64,000 nucleotides of DNA from Meyerozyma guilliermondii (GCA_051546255.1 CP128822.1:186001-250000), one strand, 5' to 3'. Positions 20,617 to 31,990 are shown, numbered from the stretch's first letter. Numbers and translations: made by a program. Notes: a model not told the origin generated them from the sequence alone.

Positions 20617-21798
20617 ATGACAAAGGCTGCAAATCAAGTGTACACCATTCAACAGCTTAGTCCAGAACAAGTTAACATTGTCAAGGCTTCAGTTCCAATA
20701 TTGAAAGCTCTGGGTCAGGAACTCACCAAGAACTTTTATCAGAAAATGCTCTCCAGTTATCCTGAAGTAAAGCCGTTTTTCAATGAATCTGATCAAAAAC
20801 TGTTACGTCAACCCAAAATTCTTGCATTTGCATTGTTGAAATATGCCGAAAATATTGAAAATTTGGAACCCTTGACTGGGTTTGTTCAGCAAATTGTCAC
20901 GAAACATGTGGGACTCCAGGTCAAACCAGAACACTATCCAATTGTTGGAACTTGTCTTCTCAACACCATGGAAAATATGTTGGGAGAATTAGCGACACCT
21001 GAATTTCTTCAAGCATGGGCAACTGCCTATGGAAACTTGGCTCGGTTGTTGATCAACGCCGAGGATACTTGTTACCAGAAACAACCTTGGAACGGGTTCA
21101 AGGAATTCACCATTGAAAAAATACAAAATGAAGCAAGCGATGTGAAATCAGTCTATTTTTCACCAACCGATAAAAGTGCAATTGCAACTCCTCAGAGAGG
21201 TCAGTATGTCTGTATTCGTTGGAAACTTCCAGGGCTGGAGTTTGAAAAGAGTAGAGAGTATTCTCTTTCTGAATTTCCAACAGAAAACCATTATCGAATT
21301 TCCGTCCGCAAGCTTGAAGGTGGACAGATTTCCAGCCATATTCATGAACAACTTAAAGTCGGTGACAAAATCAGAGTAGCTTCACCAGGTGGTAGCTTTA
21401 CTTATCATGAAAATGACCCAAGTGTGGAAATGTTGGTTTACGTTGGAGGCATTGGAATTACACCACTTGTCAGTATTATTGAGCAAGCTCTTTCCAAGGG
21501 TCGCAAAGTGAAAATGTACAATTCAAATAGGTCTGAGAGTCATCGTCCGTTTGGAGAATGGCTCTCTCAATTGGCTGCAAAATACCCAAATTTTACGGTT
21601 ACTGATTTTTACTCAGATGCTGAAAATTCCAATCGTCTTCAAAGCAGTGACTTTGATTTCATCGTACCAAACCAAAAATACGATGTCTACCTTCTCGGAC
21701 CAAGCGGCTACATGCATTTTGTCAATGACGAACTCGCAAAAAGAGGAAGTGTAAATTTCAACATCTACTCAGAAACCTTCGGGCCAACCGAAGTATGA
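20617..21798 (+). CDS. YHB1: Flavohemoglobin (nitric oxide dioxygenase)
   Basis: Globin domain (FYQKM...PFFN..Q, KHVGLQVKPEHYPIVG) plus FAD/NAD domain (GQYV, REYSLS, GGIGITP, ETFGP). Confidence 0.95.
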   Translation: MTKAANQVYTIQQLSPEQVNIVKASVPILKALGQELTKNFYQKMLSSYPEVKPFFNESDQKLLRQPKILAFALLKYAENIENLEPLTGFVQQIVTKHVGLQVKPEHYPIVGTCLLNTMENMLGELATPEFLQAWATAYGNLARLLINAEDTCYQKQPWNGFKEFTIEKIQNEASDVKSVYFSPTDKSAIATPQRGQYVCIRWKLPGLEFEKSREYSLSEFPTENHYRISVRKLEGGQISSHIHEQLKVGDKIRVASPGGSFTYHENDPSVEMLVYVGGIGITPLVSIIEQALSKGRKVKMYNSNRSESHRPFGEWLSQLAAKYPNFTVTDFYSDAENSNRLQSSDFDFIVPNQKYDVYLLGPSGYMHFVNDELAKRGSVNFNIYSETFGPTEV

Positions 21799-21988
21799 TG
21801 TAAATAGACGAAAGAAAGATTTAGCAATGTCTAGACGAATCAAAATGTACATAGTATACCACAAACTAGTTAAAATATCAATCGAACAGAATCGATGCAA
21901 AACCAAGAAATGAATAAATGCTTTGGGATTTTAAGTCTTTTCCTGACATCTAGTTCCTTAACAGATATTAATAAATAGTGCCTTTCCC

Positions 21989-22984
21989 CTACTTTTGAAG
22001 AATTTGTTTCACAGAGTCCACAACGCTGGTATCAAAATCAATGTATTTTGACCCAAAAATACGTTGGGTTTCAGAAAAATCCAACTTGCACAAGACGGAT
22101 TTTTCCTGTGCAGATTTCTGAGCGTCTGGTTGAGGAATCGCAGCTTCTGGGAAATGTTCGTGGACAACTCTGGCAATATCGTGGTTGCTGAATCTTCCTT
22201 CAGCGAGAGCCAATCGTTTGCCTTTAGCGGTCTCGTTTTCGAAAGCAATCAAGTGTGCCTTGGCCACATCACGAACGTCAATGAAAGCGCCAGTCATCGT
22301 TGGAATTTCTTCATTTTGTTTCAACTTTAAAACCTTATTGATGATCTCAGACGATGTGTTGAGCGTATCTTTGACATCAGAATCAAAAGCTTGAGGACCG
22401 AATACATAAGCTGGGTTCACCGTGGTCAAGGTGAAGTTGGGATGTTCATTCTCCACGAAATCCCAAGCAGCTTTTTCAGCAAGTTTTTTGGAAATGAGGT
22501 AGCCTGCAATTGGGTTTTGAAGAGCATCTTTGGCAGTGCCTGGGTTCCACGAGGCTTCAGTGTTTGTAACTTCAGGATTTCTCTCGGTATTGAGATCCAT
22601 AATAGCAGCATACGACGAAGTCACCACAACTTTTTTAATTTGCGAACCATGAATCTTGATTGCACGAAGAGCATTCTCAGTTCCTTGAGTAGCAGGATCT
22701 AACAATTCCTTCTGAATGTCAGTGACATCAAAACGGAATGGAGAAGCAGTGTGAAGAAACACAGTCACTTCTGGATGGTTTTCCAACGCTTGGTCAAAGG
22801 CACCTTCTGCTGCTACATCAGCAACAACTTCGTATTGAAACGACGATCCAAACTTCTCAGTAAGAGATTCACCTTTTTCCTTTGATCTCACAGAACCAAC
22901 AACTTTGTAGTTCTTGGCGATTAACTGCTTGATCACATGTTGGGCAATGAAGCCGGTTGCTCCAGAAACAAAAACTGTAGACAT
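21989..22984 (-). CDS. NADPH-dependent methylglyoxal/aldehyde reductase, Gre2/Grp2 (extended SDR) family
   Basis: VSGATGFIA, HTASPF, VVTSSYAA, YxxSKxxAE, VNPAYVFGP and IDVRDVAKAH. Confidence 0.92.
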   Translation of the reverse strand: MSTVFVSGATGFIAQHVIKQLIAKNYKVVGSVRSKEKGESLTEKFGSSFQYEVVADVAAEGAFDQALENHPEVTVFLHTASPFRFDVTDIQKELLDPATQGTENALRAIKIHGSQIKKVVVTSSYAAIMDLNTERNPEVTNTEASWNPGTAKDALQNPIAGYLISKKLAEKAAWDFVENEHPNFTLTTVNPAYVFGPQAFDSDVKDTLNTSSEIINKVLKLKQNEEIPTMTGAFIDVRDVAKAHLIAFENETAKGKRLALAEGRFSNHDIARVVHEHFPEAAIPQPDAQKSAQEKSVLCKLDFSETQRIFGSKYIDFDTSVVDSVKQILQK

Positions 22985-23699
22985 TGTTGGGTAATATTTT
23001 TTGCGATCATTTTATAGTCGCAGACCCTGTCTCATTACTAATTCGGCACCAACGGTCCAACATCGGTTAGCTCGATGCCTGCACAAGAGACATGAAATGC
23101 CGCAGCCCGTTTCACGTCAAATTTACGACAAATTTCACCAGCGGTAAATGCGCATCCGAATATTCGTTGAATCAAGCTGAAATGATTGATTTTCATTGCC
23201 TTCAGTTGGTACCGTAACCTGGTGCATCTTTTTATTATCAAGATGGCCCGGCAAATTACCCCTTGTATTTTTGCCCGTCGTGCATGCTCTCAATAATATT
23301 CTGAACCTTATTATTAAGAACCAGAAAATACTTGCGCTCAGTAATGAGGGGAATGCAAGTGATATCGATAAATCATTCAAAGAATTGGGGACCAAAACTT
23401 GTGGAAAAGTTGAACAATGCAACCTTTTCAGAACGGCAGTACTCCTCACCGGATCTAGCCAAGATTTAAGCCGATTTCAGCTGATACCTGGTAACAATCT
23501 CGGTTACTCAGGTAGTACTTCAAGGTGATGAGTAACCAATAATATCTCTGTACTCAGCTCTAATTTCTCGCTCACTAATGTCAACCACTAAGTCAACAAT
23601 TGAGTTTATATGCTTCGACTTGGATTCATGAGTATTTTGTTGTAATCAGTCGTTTCTCTCTTGTTCTTGTCTGCACTCCCGCGATTTGTGTATGTGAAA

Positions 23700-24659
23700 A
23701 TGGCTGCGAAAAACTACTTCATCCTCATGAAACTGATCCTAATTTTTTCCCTACTTGTTTCTGCAGTCAAGGGTATCTATGACTGCCATGAAACCGCGGT
23801 GACTCCCTTGGATGATACTGAACTTATTCGGCGATCCATCGAGCAATTACAATTAACCTGTAAGGCCGCCGATGCTTGTACCGCTTGCAAATCAAGGCTT
23901 TCTATTGGCAAGGTTCTTTCACTGACCCGGCCCGATATTGTTCCCTATGTGTTCAAGCGGTGGTGTACCGAAGCTATGCATGATGCTGGGCAATGTGAGA
24001 TGAATTTCAGTCCCTTTTCTGCCGACAAATCTACCCTTGGTTCAGACTTCATTTTGATGCTTCAATCAATGAGTCCTGAAGGATTGGATGGAGATTATTT
24101 TTGTTATTACCATGAATCCAAATGCCTCGAAAGGCCAGAAACCCCGGAAATCAATCTTGATACCATGTGGCCACCAAAACCAAAATCTTATTCTGCTCCG
24201 GTACAAAGTGGTGAGTCGTTTAATGTGCTCCATCTTGGTCATATTAATCTTCAACCAGATTATGCTGTGGCTTCTGAAGCAAATTGCTCACAAAGTTTGT
24301 GCTGTTCTCCTTGTTCTGCCAATTTCAATTGTCCTCCAGAAGGTTATAGTATGCATGTTAGCGACACTAAAACCGGCGTAGCTTCATTTTTCAACAGCAG
24401 CTATTCACGGGGAAAGTTCGAAAAGGGAAACTACGTGGATATCTTCAACAAAGATGCATGGTGTCCCGCTCATGAATTTGGCACGTATTTGTGTGATGTG
24501 CCACCAGTTTTGTTGAACAACACTCTCCGCAATATTCGAGCCTTTCACGAAAATCTGCTCGATTTCGAATTTGCAATTGTCACTGGTTCGGCAATTGACC
24601 ATAGAGACCGCCAGTTTCTCACCAAAAATGACCACATGAGCACGCAAGATTTAGCTTAA
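23700..24659 (+). pseudogene. Truncated acid sphingomyelinase-like gene (signal peptide, saposin-like domain, start of metallophosphoesterase domain)
   Basis: CTACK...C...C saposin-like Cys pattern, WPPKP linker, VLHLGHINLQPDY (normally LHxSDxH), EANC..LCC, FGTYLCDVP and IVTGS (normally TGD). Stops about halfway through a typical ASM. Confidence 0.6.
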
Positions 24660-25348
24660 TATCTTCTTCATATCAAAAAGCTTCATCATCAATCAAACCT
24701 GCTTCCAAATATCAACCGACGAATTCACAAAATTTATGTGTTTCGAAAAATTCATGCTCAATGCCGAGGCTGGCAACTGCTTTTGACGTAGCGAGTGATC
24801 TTCCTCAAATGAATCGTGGTTTGAATACTTTGGAGTTTCATTATCGCAGAAATAATTCGGCTGCAAATTGACAAATCTTATAGTTTGCGAATCTTGTATA
24901 ACATGGAGTCGAAGCTGTGGATGTCTAAGCAAGAAAGCAGAAACGTCTACATTGTATCTTTGTAGACCAATGGTTTCAATTGATAGTTTCCTGTCACTTT
25001 TTTTCTTACGAAGCCACATGTTCAGCATTTAAATTCGACTCTACAAAACGCTACTTAGAATCTCATGAACTAAAGTTTCTTTAGAGGACATAGAAAAAGC
25101 ATAGAATTGTAATGGTGCGTTCCACGCTAAGCGTTAATACTCGATGCACTTTTGACATTGGCGTGCGGCGTGCGGCTCCAGATCCAATATGTATAGACAC
25201 TAAAGTGTAGCATTCATGATATTCAAAGGAAGAAGAACAGCACAATTTTCAGCTAATCAAGCTAATAAGGGTTTTAATTAACATCACTGGTTGAGCAATT
25301 GAAATGTCATACACTGAGAAATGAACCATGGTTGATGAGTCCGTTTTA

Positions 25349-26812
25349 TTATTCCTCCTTGCTTTTCTCCACAAATACCAGACGGCACAGCTCAGAACTC
25401 CATATATATACAAATGGAACCACAATCAGAAATACTTGAATAATGTCAATGGCAATGTCTCCAACTCGCAAGTATGAACCATAGCTAGATTCCAACTTGT
25501 CAAACTCAGTTCCTGGAGTTGCAACCATTAAAATCACATTTATAATTGGGCGCAACACATTCATGAATAAGCCAATTGCAATACTCCTCTTGAATGCCTT
25601 TTCTGTTTTCAGAATGTCCCTAATTCTTTGTTCGTCTTTCTCATGTTTCTGCTTACTGATTGCAATCGTTTTCAAAACTTGTTTGTGGTAACGGTAGGGA
25701 AACCATATTTGGCAGATGGTAGCTATACTTTGAAACGCAGCCATAATTACCAGAAAGAACACTATTGCGGCTCCTAGGGACATGGAGAGCGTGCTTGATT
25801 TTTCGGGTAACTTACCCAAAGCAAACTGAACCACCAATAAAGTAGGTCTGTTGATGATATCAGCAATGAGAAAGCGTCTTGGCCATTTGAGTTTATCAGG
25901 AGGAAAGTTGGAATAAGTAGAAGAATTTTGAAAGCTGTAAAGTAATCCATAGCCATTTGCAAACAATAAAAGACCATACTGGACAAAGTAACGTTGCACC
26001 TGAAAAAGATAGTGCAAAAAAGAATTGCAATAATTCCAGACCGAGGATGCAAAAGTGAATGGTTCAGCATTACGCAGCAAGCAAAGAAACAAGCACCAAA
26101 TTGAAAGAATTGTTTCGAGTGGTACTATTATCCAAAACACAATCGACTTTAGGATTATGGGTTCTCGGGCCAATTTTTGTGACTTCAAGTCGAAATACTT
26201 TTTTGCAGCAATTGCCAAAAACACAATTCCAGCAATACTCAGGGGCAACAAGATGTCAAACCCAAGCACTTGTTGGCTATTCAAGCTTCCATTCGGACTC
26301 TTGGTGCTCAATTGGAACGATAATGTCTTTGGGGGTACCTTGGGAGACACCGCAACCATCGCACAGTAGACTCCAGACTGTTCCAAAAATAGTTGAAAAA
26401 CATGATTTTCACCTTTTTTGAGCACTGCAAACTCGTTTTTGAGCGTTGTTTTGTATGATTTACTCAATTTTTGAACACCCTTGAAAATTTCAGTTTCACG
26501 ATTGAAAATAGTAAAGAGTTGCGATGGACTTTGTCCCGAGTAAAAATTGAGATACTCGATCTCTTTTGCTCTAAACAAAACCACCGACAATTCAGCGTTG
26601 TCGTTGATGGTCTCTGATGCCAGAACCTTCAAATTGAGTGATTCATACCCAGTTCTCTTTTTCATCAGAATCGACTGGCAGGTAAGCGAATTTTTCGAGT
26701 CTAGTTCCAAATACATATGGTCCAGAATATACATGTGACCCAAATTTGTGTCTGCTGATGCTGTTACTAGGGCTATGGTAAAGCCCCATAAAAGGAAAAA
26801 TGGAATTTTCAT
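25349..26812 (-). CDS. Signal-peptide membrane protein, probably a divergent Ptm1/GPR107 (GOLD + 7TM)-like protein
   Basis: N-terminal signal peptide, luminal domain ending SGVYC...NGSL, then about 6-7 hydrophobic segments. Family assignment is weak. Confidence 0.5.
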   Translation of the reverse strand: MKIPFFLLWGFTIALVTASADTNLGHMYILDHMYLELDSKNSLTCQSILMKKRTGYESLNLKVLASETINDNAELSVVLFRAKEIEYLNFYSGQSPSQLFTIFNRETEIFKGVQKLSKSYKTTLKNEFAVLKKGENHVFQLFLEQSGVYCAMVAVSPKVPPKTLSFQLSTKSPNGSLNSQQVLGFDILLPLSIAGIVFLAIAAKKYFDLKSQKLAREPIILKSIVFWIIVPLETILSIWCLFLCLLRNAEPFTFASSVWNYCNSFLHYLFQVQRYFVQYGLLLFANGYGLLYSFQNSSTYSNFPPDKLKWPRRFLIADIINRPTLLVVQFALGKLPEKSSTLSMSLGAAIVFFLVIMAAFQSIATICQIWFPYRYHKQVLKTIAISKQKHEKDEQRIRDILKTEKAFKRSIAIGLFMNVLRPIINVILMVATPGTEFDKLESSYGSYLRVGDIAIDIIQVFLIVVPFVYIWSSELCRLVFVEKSKEE

Positions 26813-27715
26813 CGAGATATTTTGACAGATTTCGTCTGGGGTTCGGCGAAATTAATGCGGGGCGCTTGCGGTGCGGCTGTTTTAGAGTAGGTACAGGCAC
26901 CTACTTTCAAGCAAAAAGCAGCACTTATATATGGTTCTTAATGGGTTTATACTTATATGGTTTTTAGATTAAGTTTACTGTTTCTTAGCAACTGTTTACT
27001 CAAGTCAATTGCGAGGAGTAATGGATTAGAATGCCAACTACTCAAATTGACCAAGTAATTTTTCCGCTGCCAAAATGAGCTTGAAGCTAAAGTGCCAGCG
27101 AGCTTGAAAGTGTAGTTAGAGGAAGAAGTAGTAAAGATGACTTTTCGCTGTCAAAATAGCTCTTCAAGATTTACTAGAATGGCTGCAAATTTTTTAAGCA
27201 CGATGAACTAGAGCAATTGTCATGAAAAGGGACCCAAGGGGACCGATCCTCATTTGTATAATTGCTGTAGTATCAAGGTGAATTTGTGAATTGGGTAGAA
27301 ATACGGAATCAGTGCTAAATTAACCAGTGCGAGCTAACACTAAACTGATTCAAAAACAACAACGGAACTGATCAGAACTGCAACCAATTGTTTAAATTGG
27401 CGTATGTGTGGTGTAGAAGCACTTTCACCCAGAATCATGAACATTCCCCATTCCAATTACCACAGAGCAAATTTATATTCTGAAATTCTTGAAACACCAA
27501 AAAAGCATTGAGTCGTAAAAAAGAAACATCTTTGATTTCAAGAGCTTTCGTGTGGCTTTTACCCATTACTATGTAAAAAAATGCTTTTGCGTAACCTCCC
27601 CAATCCCCAATTTCCTTCACTTTCTCGGTACTGTGCCCCGCGCTCATCGGTGGTGTACCGCAGTCCAATGCAGCGAATTTAAATGCAACTCTGCCGACAT
27701 AAGCTCAACACTCAA

Positions 27716-28699
27716 ATGTTCAAAACTATTCCCATCACCCTTCGAAATAACAAGCCTCTCTCTTTCTTCAGAGTCTTGTCGTCGCTGAAAAAGTTAGCTT
27801 CGTACGTTAATTCACCATCCTATCTCGGCGATGCCCTAGCGGTAGACGGATCCATAGAAACCGTTCCTTTGGTTTTTGACAAGCATAGTCCAAAAAAAAC
27901 TTCTCTGGAGGCCAAGGCGCCACTATTGATCTTACATGGGTTGTTTGGATCCAAGTCCAACACTAGAACCGTGGCGAAGCAACTAGCTACAAAACTCACT
28001 CGTGACATCTACTGTCTCGACTTACGAAACTTTGGCGATTCTCCCCACCATCCACGATTGGACTATCCTGCGTTGGCGGCAGACGTGGAAAAGTTTGTGG
28101 AGGATGCCAAGTTTGAAAAAAAACCAATTCTTGTGGGCCATTCAATGGGTGCAAAAACTGCCATGGCTGTCGCACTTCGAAGACCCGAGCTTCCAGGAAT
28201 GGTGGTTTCGGTCGACAATGCTCCCATAGATCTCTCTACGGGATCTACCTCTGCGTTCTCCAAGTACGTGAAACTGCTCAGAACGTCCCTTGAACATCAC
28301 AAGTATACCAATATCAAGGACGTCGATAGAGACTTAGCAGCAGTTGAGCCCAGAAAAGAAGTCCGACAATTTTTATTGACCAACCTCAACCGAGGCAAAA
28401 CGGAAGAAGTTATAACTTCTAGGATTCCTCTTGATATAATTGGAGATGCAATTGTGGCTGGTAAGATAGCATCATGGCCCTATGACTGCAATGTGTCTCG
28501 GTGGACCCGAGGCCCTGCTCTTTTTATTCGAGGCACCGAATCAGCATATATTCCTGACGAGCTGATACCAGATATAGGTCGATACTTTCCTGATTTCCAG
28601 GTTAGAGACATCAAATCGGGACACTGGGTGATCAGCGAGAAACCCAACGAATTCATAGAGGTGTTGGTGGACTTTATAGAGAAAGAAGAGGACAATTGA
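27716..28699 (+). CDS. Mitochondrial alpha/beta hydrolase, ABHD11/Imo32/Eat1 family
   Basis: LHGLFGSKSN, DLRNFGDSPH, GHSMG nucleophile elbow, VDNAP and GHWVISEKP. Start at 27716 or 27683. Confidence 0.88.
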   Translation: MFKTIPITLRNNKPLSFFRVLSSLKKLASYVNSPSYLGDALAVDGSIETVPLVFDKHSPKKTSLEAKAPLLILHGLFGSKSNTRTVAKQLATKLTRDIYCLDLRNFGDSPHHPRLDYPALAADVEKFVEDAKFEKKPILVGHSMGAKTAMAVALRRPELPGMVVSVDNAPIDLSTGSTSAFSKYVKLLRTSLEHHKYTNIKDVDRDLAAVEPRKEVRQFLLTNLNRGKTEEVITSRIPLDIIGDAIVAGKIASWPYDCNVSRWTRGPALFIRGTESAYIPDELIPDIGRYFPDFQVRDIKSGHWVISEKPNEFIEVLVDFIEKEEDN

Positions 28700-28840
28700 A
28701 ACAATGGAGAGAAAAGACAATTGGACAATTGAGAACGATTGAGAAGTTGTACTGTTACGCTTCTGTCAAAAGGTTTAGTTTGCTTGTCACTTCTGAATTG
28801 GAGTTAATTCTCTAGTTCTTACTTCTAGTCCATCTTTTCT

Positions 28841-29743
28841 CTACTTATCGCTCACCTTGACCTTTCCCTCTCCTACATAGTCGCCATACACATCGAATCT
28901 CCTTTGGTAGTGCACTGGAATGCCCTGACGAACCGCGGGTAGAAGAGTATGGTCTAATTCAGCAAACAAAACTTCTTCGCCTTCTCCAGCTTCTGCCACA
29001 ATTTTTCCATAAGGATCCACCACCAAAGAGTGCCCATACGCCTGGTACCCGTCACCTCCAACGTCTCTAGCTGGAGAGCACAAAATGACAAACATTTCAT
29101 TATCTACCGCCCGAGATCTTGCGAGTAAATGCCAGTGAAGAGGACCAGTAGTGGTATTGAATGCTCCAGGATAAAACATAGCAAATGAGTTGTGAGGTGC
29201 CCGGGCAGTAACTGAGGCCAACTCAGGGAATCTTATATCGTAACAGATCCCGAGTCCCACATTTCCAAAGTCTCCAAGCTTGAAAACTGTGGCTTTATCG
29301 CCGGCGCTCAATGAGTCCAGTTCTTTAAAGGTGATACCGTTCTTGATGTCAATGTCAAACAAATGGGTCTTGCGATGCTTGGCAATGATCTCCCCATTGG
29401 GATCGAACGTGAGTGAAGTATTATACACCTTATCGTCAGCAAGCTCAGGAATAGATCCTCCTACAATATACACCGAATGTTTTTTTGCAAGACTCGACAA
29501 GAATTCTGTGGTCTCTCCGCCAGGAATAGACTCGGAATAGCGACGAAATTGGTCCACAGCATAGGGAGAATTGAAACATTCGGGAAGCATAACCACATCT
29601 AGAGGTCCAACTGTGGAAGTGGAAATGGCTTTTTCGATATGATTTTTGACAGAATTGAGATTCGCAGCCTTGTCTGCACCAGCTTTGAGCTGGATAAGTG
29701 CAATACGAAGATTTTTGGTCAATGGCGATTTCAATACTGACAT
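28841..29743 (-). CDS. NIT3: Omega-amidase Nit3 (nitrilase superfamily)
   Basis: Catalytic triad motifs LPECFNSPY, HRKTHLFD and GICYDIRFPE; PGAFNTTTGPLHW. Confidence 0.94.
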   Translation of the reverse strand: MSVLKSPLTKNLRIALIQLKAGADKAANLNSVKNHIEKAISTSTVGPLDVVMLPECFNSPYAVDQFRRYSESIPGGETTEFLSSLAKKHSVYIVGGSIPELADDKVYNTSLTFDPNGEIIAKHRKTHLFDIDIKNGITFKELDSLSAGDKATVFKLGDFGNVGLGICYDIRFPELASVTARAPHNSFAMFYPGAFNTTTGPLHWHLLARSRAVDNEMFVILCSPARDVGGDGYQAYGHSLVVDPYGKIVAEAGEGEEVLFAELDHTLLPAVRQGIPVHYQRRFDVYGDYVGEGKVKVSDK

Positions 29744-29837
29744 TGGTAATATGATAAGGAACGGAAAATGTGAGGTGCGATATGGCAGTTGGTGTGCAGG
29801 ATATCGTGTGTAGCGGCTGCAAATTGACGGTGTATGA

Positions 29838-29915
29838 AGTCAAATAAAGAGTCAAATTAATAGTCAAATAAATAGTCAGATAAATAGTCAAATAAATAGT
29901 CACATATAATAGTCA
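29838..29915. repeat. 12-bp tandem repeat (AGTCAAATAAAT, about 6 imperfect copies) upstream of NIT3
   Basis: Units start at 29838, 29850, 29862, 29874, 29886 and 29898. Confidence 0.85.
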
Positions 29916-30101
29916 TACCATACCAGTTCTATCGTCTTGGCTTGTCATTATTTTGTTGGTATAAGCTCTGAGTGATAATGCTCACTGGTATAAGGGCTCT
30001 TAGCACTAATAAATTCGGGTTTATAATTCCTTGGTGTTTAGCACATTCTTCATGTTGTGAAGTAGTGTATTCGACATTCACTGTTCATGAGGTTTAGGGG
30101 T

Positions 30102-31664
30102 TTATCCCTCGTTCCTTATTGCTTGTGCCTTGTCCACTTTTGCTTTCCTGTCCTCTTTCCACTGAAGAATACCACCTATTACTGAAAACACAACTCCAAG
30201 GCCCGCAAGTCCCATTCCCATATAGAATGCAACTCTGATACCTAACAATTTCAGATCAAAAGTCTGGGGTAAATGGTCGGTCTTGTACTTTTCGACCGTA
30301 CCTGCGAATCCAAGTCCTAATGCAACAGAGTAGTTTTGGACTGTTGCAACCAATGAAGCGGAAATTCCTTGTTTCGAAGGAGGAAAGTGGTTGGAAAGAA
30401 TGATAGTGGCTGCTGGAAAACTCATATCCATTCCAAAAGGCTGGATGAGGCACGATACGAATTTTTGGCCCCAGTACGTTTGACCCACATGCCTTGTTCC
30501 CATGACGGTTATGCCCGCAAAGAAGGCACACATCGATAACATCATGACAAAAGACAGCGGTATTTTGTGAAGAAGATAGGCTGTGGTCAATGCTGCAATG
30601 AACCCTGAAATGCTACAGGGAATGAATTGAACTGACGCAACCACAGGGTTAACGTTGTCGACGTAAAAAGCCCATTGAAAGGTGTAATAAAGCCAAATAC
30701 CAAAGCAGGACCATCCAGCTGCGATACATCCCAAAACAAACGACGGTTCACCTTTCAATGATTTTATAGGCACAATTGGATGCTTCAAGTAAACCTCGAC
30801 TATGTCAAATGCAACGACCAAACCGACTGAAACAATGAGCAAGACATAGTTATAAACCGTCTTCCAGCCCACATTGGACCCTTGGTTCCATGCAAAGTTG
30901 AAGAGGATCAAGCCACTGATTCCCAACGTTGAGCCTATCCAATCGAAAGGCTCCTTTCTGGATGGAGTTCCTATTTTTTTGGGAACAAACAAGTAAGACA
31001 AAACGGCAAGACAAACCGAGGCAATTCCACACACCCAAAATGTCCACGGCCACCAAACTTTCATAGCAAAAAGACTGGAAAATAGAGCGCCTATATTGAA
31101 TCCAGAAGGTGCTGCAGCGCCGAACAAGCACATGACAATATTCTTTTTCATGGACCCTGGAGGATAATAATGGCCCAAAACTGCAATACCATTGGGAAAA
31201 AGTAACGCCAGACCAGCTCCTTGTAAAGCTCTGCAAACATCGAAGAAAACGGCTGATTTGGCATATGCACTAAATCCACAAATTAGCGACCACAAGGCAA
31301 ACCACAACACACCTGTGATATACATAAACTTGTAGCCGAACATATCGCCGAATTTTCCAGATGCCAAAATAAATGTTCCAACCGTCAGAGAAAATGACGC
31401 TGTGAACCAAGCTTGCTCACCGGGCAGATCTTCCACCCCAAAAGTGTTGGCAATTCCTTTGGTGGCTGCAATTGCCTGTGCTACAGCTGCCTGAGAAAAG
31501 AGCTGGCCACAGCACATGCAAAATACGAAAACCACTTCATGAAAAAACCCAATCTCATCGCAGCTCGGTACGGCATTCGTGTGGGCATCTTTTTCTCCTT
31601 CTTCTTTCATGGCAAGTATTTGTGGTTCATGCTCAAGCGTAGTGCGCTCACTGCTCATCGACAT
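30102..31664 (-). CDS. MFS drug:H+ antiporter, DHA2 (Atr1/Amf1-like) family
   Basis: WFTASFSLTVGTFIL, GKFGDMFG, RALQGAG, FGAAAPSG and FGMDMSFPAAT; about 14 TM. Confidence 0.9.
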   Translation of the reverse strand: MSMSSERTTLEHEPQILAMKEEGEKDAHTNAVPSCDEIGFFHEVVFVFCMCCGQLFSQAAVAQAIAATKGIANTFGVEDLPGEQAWFTASFSLTVGTFILASGKFGDMFGYKFMYITGVLWFALWSLICGFSAYAKSAVFFDVCRALQGAGLALLFPNGIAVLGHYYPPGSMKKNIVMCLFGAAAPSGFNIGALFSSLFAMKVWWPWTFWVCGIASVCLAVLSYLFVPKKIGTPSRKEPFDWIGSTLGISGLILFNFAWNQGSNVGWKTVYNYVLLIVSVGLVVAFDIVEVYLKHPIVPIKSLKGEPSFVLGCIAAGWSCFGIWLYYTFQWAFYVDNVNPVVASVQFIPCSISGFIAALTTAYLLHKIPLSFVMMLSMCAFFAGITVMGTRHVGQTYWGQKFVSCLIQPFGMDMSFPAATIILSNHFPPSKQGISASLVATVQNYSVALGLGFAGTVEKYKTDHLPQTFDLKLLGIRVAFYMGMGLAGLGVVFSVIGGILQWKEDRKAKVDKAQAIRNEG

Positions 31665-31990
31665 GAGATGAAAAAAATTCGCTGGCACTTTATATACTTT
31701 GCAATGTTTGAAATTGACATCCAAATCGATTGCAAATCGTGCGGCTTACCGACTTCGGGCCGGGCCCTGAAAATTGGAGTTGCAAAAAAGACGATAGCAA
31801 ACGCGAATTAGCAAACAAAAGTGTAGCTAAAACAGAGGACGATAAGCAGTGTTCGTGCCTCTGTAGCAAGGTAGCAATATACTAGACTTCTATAAATTAT
31901 TGGCTCGTAGCAAGACCAAGCTCACCATGGTCGTATGCAGGGTTAGTAATGGTTTGACGTGCACGGCTATTTTAGTCAAATCTGACTCGT

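Noticed and set aside
23038..23528. Short ORFs (67-110 aa) between the GRE2-like and ASM-like genes, and 24693-25028
   Set aside because: Most begin at non-ATG codons, none has a recognisable motif, and several overlap on opposite strands; likely spurious.
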